A stretch of DNA of 64,000 nt from the human T2T-CHM13v2.0 reference genome, Homo sapiens: the NCBI RefSeq assembly GCF_009914755.1, contig NC_060926.1; one strand, written 5' to 3'. The notes below the pieces were generated by a model. It was not told where the DNA came from and made no database searches. It was given only the letters and a program-made list of their open reading frames with translations. Both the position numbers and the translations under genes were made by a program. This document shows, piece after piece, positions 13,900 through 24,921 of this stretch (positions are counted from its first letter, which is position 1; each line of letters begins with the position of its first letter).

Positions 13900-15035
13900 T
13901 ATACCACAGACTGGGAGAAACTATTTGCAAAAGATATATCTGATAAAGGGCTGTGATCCAGAATAGTTGTGAGATCCACACAAAGAACTCTTGAAACTCA
14001 ACAAAAAGAAAACAAGATAGATTTAAAAATGGGCAAAATATCTGAAATTACCAAAATGAGATATACAAATGGCAAATACATACATGAAAGATACATAGCA
14101 TCATATATCATTAAGGAATTGCAAGTTAAAACTACAGTGATACACCACTATAAACCTAGTAGAATGGCCAAAACCTGGGACACTGACAACACCAAAGGCT
14201 GGTGAGAATGTAGAGCAACAGGAACTCATTCATTGTCAGTGGAAATGCAAAGCAATACAGTTACTTTGGAAGACATTGTAGTAGTTTCTTACTAAATCAA
14301 ACATACTCTTACTACATGATTCAGCAACTGAACTCCTTGGTATTTAACCAGAAGAGCTGAGAATTTATGTCCACACAATAATCTGTACATGGATGTTTAT
14401 AGCAGCTTTATTCAAAATTGCCAAAACTTATAGGCAACCAAGATGTCCTTCAGTAGGTGAATGAATAAATAAACTGTGGTACATCCAAGCAATGGAATAT
14501 CATTCAGTGCTAAAAGAAATGGGCTATCAAGCCATGAAAAAACATGGGGAAGTCTTAAATGCATATTATTATACTAAGCTAAAGAAACTAATCTGAGAAG
14601 CCTACACACTGTATGATTTCAACTGTGTGACATTCTGGAAAAGGATAAACTATAGAGACATAAAAGAACACATTGGTTGCCAGGATCTAGTGGGGAGAGA
14701 GGGATGAATAGGTAGAGTACAGAGGATTTTTAGGGCAATGAATGTACTCCGTGTGATATTATAATGGTTAGTACTAGTCATTATACATTTGCCAAAACCC
14801 ACAGAATGAACACCAGGAGTAAACCCTAACGTAAACTATGGACTTTGTGTGATAATGATGCACCAATGTAGGTTCATCGATTATAACAAATTACCACTCT
14901 AGTGAGGGATGTTGATGGTGGGGAGACTGTGCATGTGTAGGAGCAGAGAGTATTTGGAAAATCTTTGTAATTTCGCTCAATTTTTTTTTTTTGTGAACCT
15001 AAAACTACTCTAAAGAATAAAACTTACAAAAAAAC
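13900..15035 (+). mobile_element. L1MC1/2-like LINE-1 3' portion
   Basis: ccacagactgggagaaactatttgcaaa...end of ORF2...gtaaactatggactttgtgtgataatgatg...tgtgaacctaaaactactctaaa plus A-rich tail. Confidence 0.92.
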
Positions 15036-15036
15036 A

Positions 15037-15051
15037 TATATATGTTATGTG

Positions 15052-15085
<34 letters not shown>

Positions 15086-15095
15086 TATATATAAT
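15037..15095. repeat. (TA)n(CA)n compound microsatellite at the L1 tail
   Basis: Directly visible. Confidence 0.9.
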
Positions 15096-15279
15096 AATAC
15101 ATATTTTATATACCAAAGAAAGCTGATTAAAACTTTGTTTAGAAGTACAGTAGGACCACAGAAGAAACAAATTTCTGGGGGTACTCAGGAGTTTACCCGA
15201 GATTACGTAATACCAACAGGAATCAATGTTTCTTCAGCACAAACTGATTTTGGAATGATCGAAACAATGTATATGTACT

Positions 15280-15450
15280 TTCTCATTTAATATCCACAAC
15301 AAACTAATAAAGGAAATACTATTATTATCTCTATTTTGTAAATGGCTTGAAACTTATTATGGTGAATAACTTCCTCAAGGTCACAGAACCAGTGAGGGGT
15401 ATAAGTGAGATACGAACCCAGTCCTGTCCAACTGCACAGCTGAGGTTCAC
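15280..15450 (-). mobile_element. MIR SINE
   Basis: tactattattatctctattttgtaaatg...taacttcctcaaggtcacag...gatacgaacccag. Confidence 0.75.
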
Positions 15451-18024
15451 CAATATCCTATACTTCCAGTCTTGGGAAAAGAAAAAAAATAAAAATTCAG
15501 TTGGACAAAAGCAACAGAAAGAGAATTCCAGGTGGGAGAAGTCTGATTAACTTCTGGAAACTTTGCAATCTATGACAGTTTTATGATTCACTTATTTTTA
15601 TTTAATATTTCTTCAACACTACTAGTCTATCTCCAATGTGAACAGAGGCAACAGTCTTTCTGTTACATAAGAATCATGTACATATGTATGTTTATATTCA
15701 ATTTATAAGCAGTCTGTCTTTTTAAGAAGACTTATTAAGGAGAAGTAATTTTTCATAGGATCAGTCTTGGGGCTAAGCAATTATATTTGCTATCTTTTTA
15801 ATACTAGTAGTCATATTTCTTCCCTAATTGATTATTGAACCTTTCTAAATATGTCTGAAGACATAGATTGAAATTATCCTAAGGCTCGACCTCTTTTTTT
15901 AATTGTGACTAACAAATTTTAATACAAGGCAAACAGCAAAACATGGCAGGCTGAAGGAGTAATTTCTTGCACCTATAGCCGGAGTTTTTTTAAAGAGCTA
16001 CGCAATTTTTGTTGATCTTCCACTGGCTTATCTACAGCAATTGAAGTTTATCAGAAAGATTTATGACATGGTATTGCAGGCCCTAATAAATGACTTTGGG
16101 AAGCTGGGAAAACTCACTAAAGTTAAAGTTATTATCTGAACCTCATAGGGCTAATTAGAGATACAACCTGAAGTGTTGAGTCAGCAGTAAGAAACACAAC
16201 ACGTTATCAATTAAAGCCTCCATCTAGGCTTGGAGAAGAGGTGGGGAAAAGAAAAGATTTGCAATGAAAATGAATCATATGTTTAAACACCAGAGCCAAA
16301 AATTAGTCCTCAAAAGCATTTCCTGAACTCTCTGGAAATGTCGATGGGGTCAGCTCTCTGCTTAAAAAGGGACCCTTCCAAGGCATTCTCAAAGTAAGTT
16401 ACCAAAGTTGCTTTGCATATGTATAACAGGAAGATCTGAACATATACAGATGTGGGGGTTCCAGAAAGCAAGAAAAAACTCTACCTCTTCCCCACATCTC
16501 TTCTTCTGAGGAATAGGCAAAATCTTCCTTCCCCAACACAGCTCTGTGACACTGTCAATTTAAAACATTTTCATGCAAATCAAGTTAACATTTAAAAAAC
16601 AAACAAACAAAACTTGCACTATGAATGACGTAACCCCTTCTCAAATACTGGACTTTAACTACTGCCATTGAAAACAGGGTGGTTTTTCTTAAGCATTTCT
16701 GACTTGACGCTGCTGTTTTCCTGAGATGCGACCAACTAAAAATGACTTAAAAATCCCTGCACCTTCCTGGTATTAATGGAAAGAGGTAGTGGGGTGTTAC
16801 AGGGAGCTAACTTTTTTCATGGTTTTCTTAACTGAGTTACAAAAATAACAGAAAATTGCCTCTGTGCACATGTGTTTAATGTGTCTATGCATGAAAAGCC
16901 TTGGGGATAAAGGGAGAAGTAGATATTTTCAGAATGTTTGATTATGATTGTTTGTATCAGAATCTGTTTAGACAAGAAAATCAGAACTGAAAGTAGACAT
17001 ATGTTAAAACATTTTCAGCCCATATCCTTCTGCTTTCATGTTGAAAATTGAGGGCCATAAAATAATAAACATGTATTAGATTTATTGAGTTCCTTTAAGT
17101 CGGCAAGATCCCCAGAGTGTTGTGCAAAATAACAGCAACTTTTGAATTACAAAATTATTACATGTTCCCATGAAGATTATTTAACCCAGAGATGAATAAG
17201 GAGAATGGGTAATAAAGAGACCTGAGAGGGATTTTCCACACCCTTCTCCTCAATCCATAATTTAAATACAGTCATAAACTGTGAGTAAGCAATATAAGCA
17301 TTTGTGTGCAGCATATATTTGAGCCTGAAAGGTAGAAGGCAGTGTTTAAAAATATGTTTTTAATAAAGCCTATAATACAGAATAGACAAACACCAAGGTA
17401 AAGATGGATTAGAAGAGCAAGTATTAAATGAATACACCTTCTAGCAAAAATCATTTCTTGTTATGTGCCTCAAAAAAGAACAATCTTCTTTAGATAGTAT
17501 TTTAAGCAACTGACTAGTGTGTATGTCTTTACACAGCCATAGAAGAGTTTCAATGAGTACTTCTCACCGATTCAGTGAGCCAAATCATAAAGCCTCAGGC
17601 TGTCAGAAAAAAAAAAAAACAACCAACTGTAAATTTTGACAAGAATGTGACAAAAATATATAAGATAGATTCACTAGCATTTCTAGAGTGAAAAATTACT
17701 AGAATTGGCCCACGGCCTCTATTGCTGAAAAATTTAATGTAATTACTTTTTTTATGATATTGTCTAGACTCTCCAGCATTGGCAGAATTTTTGTTCTATG
17801 TCTATGCTGGAAATAAATTAAATAAAGACCTAGGTTTTCTTCCTTCTATTGTAAGAACTATGTCCTCTTCAAGATGAATGTGATTATGGTTTAGCAAATG
17901 AATGTGAAGGTAAAGGTGTTTAGGAGAAAATACAAAAGTAAGATCTTAACGTTGTACTTAACAGAATGTGTCCGTTAGTAAGAATACTAAAAAGCAGGAT
18001 TGTAAGGAAGAAATTCTCCAATGT

Positions 18025-18172
18025 AAAACAGCTTGCATGTCTTCTGGGAATCTTGTAAAAATATAGAATCTGATTCAGTAGATCTGGAGTGGGCCTAAGA
18101 GTCTGCATTCCTCACAAGCTCCCAGGTGATGCTGATGCCGCCAGTCTGCAGGTTAACACCTTAAGTAGCAAG
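18025..18172 (-). mobile_element. MER5A/MER5A1 (hAT-Charlie MITE)
   Basis: tctgattcagtagatctggagtgggcc...ctgcatt...acaagctcccaggtgatgctgatgc matches the MER5A core. Confidence 0.88.
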
Positions 18173-20855
18173 GTTATAATGTATGGGGAAGATTCGTGGA
18201 TAGGGTCAGTCTTTTAAAAATCTTTAAATAATTTGAATGTAAATTATATGAAATTTCTCTGTCTCCTGGTTTCATAAGTGTTTTCTTTTTTTTTTCTTTA
18301 GACAAAATTGGAATAGCAGTTTGACTATGACATTCTAATTGGTGTGTGTTTCAGCTAGAGGAAGATTATAACAAAAGAGTATTTCTCCAAAATAAAGTTT
18401 TCCTTTATTTTGCTTTTGTAAGTAGCTCAACAAAAAAGAGAGTGTGGCTCTGTGTTTGATTTTACTTCCTTTAAATTCAAAAGCAGGCACTAAAAATACC
18501 TTTGAAAACTATAGTAATGAACTACTGTGGTACTAGGCTCAAGAAATCTGGGGCGTTCCTATGGACTTAGTGGCAATTGAAGCAGTCAGATTTTCAGATT
18601 TAGCTGCCATCAGCTGTGGATTGGACAGTGACATAGTCTAGGACAGATGTCAATTTTAGCCTTCTTCTAACATAAGTCTGGAATACATTTTAATTCACCA
18701 GCAGGAAGGATTTTGTTGCATGTAAGTTAGAGTTTAAAGCCAGGTTTATTTTTGTTTGGGAAAAATTCTGTGCATCTCAAAAGGCACAATACCTGTGTGT
18801 TAACCTGTCTTTTTTTTTTTTTCGGTTGGTATTACAGAATTGCTGATAAAGCTTTACATTTACATTGGCCAGTAGACTAGAACAGATTCCTCACGTCTCT
18901 GTAAGAGCTTTGTGCTGCTCACTTGATCCAAGTTAAAATCTCTCCACATCTTAAGTTGAAAATTAACATACGGGAATTTAATCCTGACATAGCCACTGCA
19001 TCAACTTTTGTCTAGTTTACGCTTTGCCAGAATGTCTTACCATTATGTGTCTTTATCTTTTGGAAGGCTAGGTATATTGAAAATCTTTTAAAAATAATTT
19101 TAAGAAAAGAATGTAAACAATAGAAATTTATTCACTTTCTTATGGGACACATTTCCTGCCAAATGCTCCCCACAAAGTAAACACCTTAGGGTCTTTTTTA
19201 TTTGGAAAATGTAAGGAGATACGTAAGTGTGGATATAGATTCTTCTAAAATGTCCTAAAAGAAATAAAATTGCAAGTTTTCCTTTGTCTTTCATCAGAGC
19301 TTTCTTTGTCATGTCTAAAGCCCCGCGGCAGGGATTAGGGAGATGCAAAACCTTACTGTAAACAGGGAAGGGTTGAAAGAAAAGGTTCATTAAAAAAGAA
19401 AAAAAAAAAACTATCATTTGAATGTAATATGTGAAAAATGTTTCTTCCAGGTTGAGTGAAAAATATACTAAAAAAGTGTAATCCTAGCTTAAGAGATTTT
19501 GTTTTAAAATCCTAATTCTGCTAACAAGGCAAAAGGAACTTAAGATACGGATGTATATAAAGCCTCCCGGTTCACCCATCAGTCTTTGAAACTGCCACAC
19601 CTAAACTATCTGTTTTAGTGCCATTCTCCTATATTTACTCCAGTCATTTTTATATTTCAGTTTTGCTCTTAATTTTTTTTCCCAACAGTATTCAAGAAGA
19701 AGGATACCAAAAAAAGCATTCCCATAAGTATTGTAAAAAGTCTCTCTCATGGGTTTGTTTTTAGAAAAATGTTAAGCCATGTTTTTGGTTCAGTGGAAGA
19801 AGGAGCCTGTGATAGTTTTAACACGTGTACCCAATTAGTTGTTCTGGACTTCAGCAAATGTTCTGCTTGGAGCAGCTGTTAACAGATTCTTGCTCTATTG
19901 TTAATCAAAAAGCCAATAATAAAAAGGCAAATTAAAAGGCAATTTAATATTATACTTGTAATTATTCACTTTGTTTCTCATATAAGTGCAATCTCATTTC
20001 AATGCAATGCTTTCAAAGAAAACATATATAAGGTAGAGGAAAATATCAATATAAAATTAAAATTTTAAAAAATGGTACTATATACACCTTTATAAAATAT
20101 GACTAGGGAACTCCAAAAAAATGTTCAAGGACTAAGTTCCAAATACATACGTATGCACACACACCAACATGCACACATGCACACACACATAAATGAATGC
20201 ATATATTCTCAGGCAAAAAGTAGACCTTAGGCCCAGAAACAAGATATTTGCAAAGTATTGATCAGAATACTATTTATAGTTTATTTTTAGGGATAAACAC
20301 ATTAATGTAACTTCATCTTCAAAACTTTTTAAAAATAATTACTTTTCAAAATAGGCAATGTGCTATGCAATGGAGACGCATCTATCTACAACAGGAAATG
20401 AAAGTACAAACATCCATTCCCACAGTCTTAGATTGTTGTTTAAATATAGATATATATTTCATTAAAGTATAAAAATTAAGTCATTGACCTTTACTGATTT
20501 GATAATAGTACTTAGTCTCTATTTATTAAATATTGTCATCTTTCTGGAATTTACTATAATACATACCGGTTAAGTTATTAAAATTTAATCTTTTCACATA
20601 TTATTAAACAAAACCTCTCACTTATTCTGTCCTTACTGTGGCAACAACTGATGCCACAAAAGTTATATTTCCACTAAAGCATTTTAAGGGAATTTTGAGT
20701 AAGTTACTTACTGATCATTTGATGAGATCTGTTGACTAAATGTGGCTTTAATTGCTGATACTTGAACTTAGAGTGCGATACTAACAGGATTTATTATTCA
20801 CTAAGCACTTACAATATGCCAGACAATGTTTTAAGCACTTTAGTTATCTCGTCTG

Positions 20856-21158
20856 TTTTTTTGTTTATTTTTTGAGACCGACTCCTACTCTGTCACTGAG
20901 GCTGGAGTGCAGTGGCACGATGTCAGCTGACTGCAACCTCTGCCTCCGGGTTCAAGCGATTCTCCTGCCTCAGCCTCCCAAGTAGCTGGGATTAGAGGTG
21001 TGCCACCAAACCTAGCTAATTTTTTGTATTTTTAGTGGAGACCGGGTTTCGCCATGTTGGCCAGGCTGGTCTCGAACTCCTGACCTTAAGATCCGCCTGC
21101 CTCAGCCTCCCAAAGTGCTGGGATTATAGGCATGAGCCACTGCCCACTGCGCCCAGCC
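20856..21158 (-). mobile_element. AluS (Sx-like) inserted into a MIR
   Basis: T-rich tail then antisense Alu body ending gcgcccagcc; MIR sequence on both sides (about 20790-20850 and 21160-21285). Confidence 0.95.
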
Positions 21159-21282
21159 TTATTTCACCTCATTTAATCCTTACAATTACTTTAAAAAGTA
21201 GGTAGAATAATAAACTCCATTTTACATATGATGAAACTAAGGCACAAAGAACAATGATCACACAGCTAGTCAGTGGTAGAAC

Positions 21283-21445
21283 TCTGTAATCTGTGGGTTC
21301 CACATCTGCCAGAGGATGTATGTAAGTGATGTGCAAACACTACTCCATTTTATATAAGGGACTTAAATATCAACACTATGGATTTTGTTGTGTGTCTGTG
21401 TGCAGGGGAATGTTTCTGGAACCAATCCTTGGAGGAACAACTGTA
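21283..21445. mobile_element. MER2 (Tigger-family) internally deleted fragment
   Basis: gcaaacactactccattttatataagggactt...ggattttg...ctggaaccaatcc...gaggaacaactg followed by TA. Confidence 0.75.
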
Positions 21446-21550
21446 CCTTATACACTACATTGAAGGCTCACAATAAAAGTCTTTCAACCAGGAGAACATA
21501 GAGTAAGATACAAAACTGTGGGATATAGACTATGACTCTTTTGATTAGTA

Positions 21551-21608
21551 TGGAAGAAAACATCCTAGTATTTTGTTATTGGAAGAAAACATCCTAGTAC
21601 TTTGTTAT
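21551..21608. repeat. 29-bp tandem duplication (2 copies, 1 mismatch)
   Basis: tggaagaaaacatcctagta(t/c)tttgttat x2. Confidence 0.95.
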
Positions 21609-22689
21609 TAAGGATTAGCGAGATTGAATCATTGATGTACTTACAGCAAATCTAAAGTAAACCATACAAAATAGAACTTTCCTCAAGATGACTAGAGGTC
21701 AATAAAGCTATGGGTTATTTACAGTGTAATATGAAACAGCATACAACCGCAAGGGAGAAGGACATACTAAATAAACAAAACCTGCAAAGGCAATTTTCTT
21801 CAGAGAATCTCCTCATGTACAAAAATATATTTCAAGAGAAAGTAGTATAGTTACTGCGTTTTCATAAAAAGTCTGTTTGGTGATAACATATGCTGAATAC
21901 AACTAAAGGCAGTTCTTCAAGTCTAGGCAGACAAGCTGCAGTACAGCAGATACACTTGCTGTTTAAATATCCCTTCAAAAAAAAAATTCCATTTGTTTAC
22001 CAAAATCTATTCACACTTGTTGAAAAGCATCTTTCTTCACTTATCTGAATGTGACAATGAATCAAAAGTACCTTCTCTTCTGTTACCAGAGGTGATAAGG
22101 GAGAAACTGAGATCCTCACCAGAGGCTGAAAGATGTCTTTTCAGTGCTCTTGAAAGCAAAGGCTAATTTTTCCAAACAAAAATTTCTCCCTAAGGAGCTG
22201 TATTAATGAGGTCCAAAGTAATGCTTAACCCTTGACTACTCTAATTAACTCAAGCTGACTGGCCAGAAGCCCTCTTTCCTGTGGCCTATATGGGAGAGAT
22301 CACAAAAGTGCATGGTAACCCTATCCCCACTTGCTGTTTTCACAAAACATGGGGCTTTGTTCTTTGTTTGGCGGTTGTGAAGACATTTCAGTCTCATCTG
22401 ACATCACCTCCTCACATGGAAGAAGTGTGCATAGAAACACCTAGCAGCAGGCTGCTTGTCTCAGTGTGTTCCATAACCCTTGCTAGCACAAAGACTCATT
22501 TCCAGCTCCCAGAGGTAGCATCCATTAACACATGTTCCTTGAGAAATCTGACTTTTCTTTTCAAAAATGGGAACGAGTGTATTCTTGCTATACTTTTTTC
22601 CAAATGCTCCAAATACACAATAAATTATCAAGTAATCAGGCCTAGTTATGCGATTCCCAGCTTTCAATACAGGTATATTAGAGGAATTC

Positions 22690-24090
22690 ATTTATTCACT
22701 CATTTGTCTAGCACATCTATTGAAAACCTTCTACATGGTAGATACAAGGCTAATTTGGTTTCATTGAATCTTTCCTAAGCAATTAAGCCCAGAAAAATTT
22801 GTCTTCTCTCTGTTTGCTAGAGCGATAGATACTAAAGTATCTATAATACTCAATTTATTAGTAGTAAATTTAAAATGTAATTACATTTATTTCAACTTAC
22901 ATTTACCAATGAGTACCTTTGATATGCCAGGCACTTTTCTAAATGCCAGGGATACAGTAGTGAAACAAACAGACAAAAACCTCTGCCCTCCTGTAGCTTT
23001 AATTCTACAATGGAGGAACAGAAAATAACTTCAATAAGTGAATGAAATATATAATGTGAGAGAGAGGTAAAAGAAGTGAGCAGGTGGCACTGAAAGAGTG
23101 GACAGAGAAAGCCTCACTAGAAAGGTGAACTTGTAAAGATGAAAGGAGGTAACGAACCATGTTAATGTCTGGGAAAAAAGCATTCAGGGCAAGGAAAGAC
23201 TACATAGAAAGGCTTGGAGGTGAAAGCAAACATGGTATTTGGTTGGAGCAAATGGGTCATGTGGTTGGAGGAAAGTAAATAAGGGTTAAAGTGTGTGAGG
23301 GGTGCAGTCAATGGTAAACTTTTGGATTTTACTCTGGGGAAGATAGGTACTCATTAGAAGGTTTTGAACAGATAATTGACACAGTCTGATTTAGGGTTTT
23401 AAAAAGCTCATTCTCAGAGTCTTTGGGAATAGGTTGAAAAGCATCTAAAACACAAGTTCAGAGAACAATTAGCAGACTATTGAAATACTATGAAGTGATT
23501 AAACTTTATTGAATTTTAATTATAATCAAGCACATTATGGTAGAGGCAATGAGATTTACTGATAGATTGGATGTGAGATGCAGGATGAAGGAACTGCACC
23601 TTGAACTCAAGATGATTTCAAGGTTTTTGGAAAAGGCAACAGGCAGTATGAATTGCTATCCCTTCAGATGGATATTGTGGAAGGAGTAAATTTTGAAAGG
23701 AATATCAGATTAATTGTTGACAACCAAAATTTGTATAAAATCAGGTAATAAAAAGGGGATGTGAGTTTAGAATATAAAAGTAAAATGTGGACGTATCACA
23801 TACAGATGGTATTAAAAGCCGTGAGAGAGAATGGGATATCCAGGGGAGTGGCTATAAATAGAAAAAGGAAGAGGCCCAGACCTGAGCTCTCAGGGTATTG
23901 AGGAAGAACCAGAGAAGGAGACCAAGGAGAAAGAACAGGAAAAACAGAAGAAAACCCAGGAAAGTGTATAGCTCTAGAAGTCAAGTGAACAAGTGTTTTG
24001 CTGAGGAGGGAATGATCAACGATATAAAATGCTGCTTGTAGTCCATGAATATGAAGACTGAGAATTGACATTGATGGTTACTGTTCACCT
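22690..24090 (-). mobile_element. L2a-like LINE-2 (about 1.3 kb, fragmented)
   Basis: tgagtacctttgatatgccaggcac...gggatacagtagtgaaacaaacagacaaaaacctctgccctc...gatttactgatagattggatgtg...aggagggaatgatcaac...aaatgctgct. Confidence 0.85.
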
Positions 24091-24329
24091 TAATAAGAAT
24101 ATTGAATACATTATTTACCTAATTAAATTCTAGACTCCTGGTAGTCAGGACTTGTCTTAAGCAGGGAATTGAGACTGAGTCAAATTTGAAAGTTATTTTA
24201 TACTTAAGTTGTCTAGAACTCTGAACATCATTTTTCATATCACATACGATATTTCATTATAGATTCTAGTGACTTCTCAAGAAAGCCTACTTTTTCCCAT
24301 TGTTAATACGTAGAACCAGACCAAAATAA

Positions 24330-24560
24330 TAGAACCATAAAATGTTAAAGTATCCAGTTTGGTGATTATTACAAATGCATACAGTTGTATTCACCATAGC
24401 AGCAACATATAAAATATTTCCATCACCCCCAAAACTTCCATTGTGCCCTGCTGTGCTCAGTTCCCTTCCTCCACCCCAACCCCTGACAATCATTCATCAG
24501 ACTTACCTCCCTGCAATTTTGACTTTTCTAGAATGCCTTAGAAGTAAAATCATTTAAGAA
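24330..24560 (-). mobile_element. Old L1 (L1MB/ME) 3'UTR fragment
   Basis: atatttccatcacccccaaaacttccattgtgccc...cccaacccctgacaatcattcatc...tttgacttttctagaatg. Confidence 0.75.
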
Positions 24561-24791
24561 TTTAACTTTTACACTATTATTTAAAAATAATTTCATCAGT
24601 AAATATATACCAACCATAACTTAAATGTTTAAAATATATCTTTTCTTCTCACTACCACATCTTTAGTCTTAAAATGGTCCTCAGAGATCCCAGTTCCTCC
24701 TGCTGTGACCTTAGCTTCTAGAAGTTCTTTAGCCCCTTTGAGTTTATAAATACATTGATTTATAATTCATCATACATTTATTAATAATTAT

Positions 24792-24921
24792 TTCAAGGAA
24801 TAGTCAGAACTCATTTGCATATATATACAAACATAGATATGTATGTAAGTAATATGTATACAAACATATACATGTACGTACATGAGTAACAACAGAAAAT
24901 GAGTTCTGACTACTCCTTGAA
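24792..24921. repeat. Inverted repeat, 25-bp arms (24/25) around an 80-bp TA/CA-rich spacer
   Basis: ttcaaggaatagtcagaactcattt (24792-816) vs aaatgagttctgactactccttgaa (24897-921). Confidence 0.92.

Noticed and set aside
15973-16031. Minus-strand exon xKPVEDQQKLRSSLKKLRL* as a stand-alone feature
   Set aside because: Weak polypyrimidine tract and weak GTGCAA donor; kept only as a marginal member of the cassette cluster.
21551-21608. Direct repeat as a CRISPR-like array
   Set aside because: Only two abutting copies, no spacers, eukaryotic context.
22281-22778. Longest ORF (165 aa)
   Set aside because: GTG start, no homology recognised, runs into an L2 tail, composition typical of non-coding DNA.
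22825-22844. Short perfect hairpins (atagatact-aa-agtatctat; also ttggttaa-c-ttaaccaa near 61940)
   Set aside because: Arms of 8-9 bp are expected by chance in 64 kb of AT-rich DNA.
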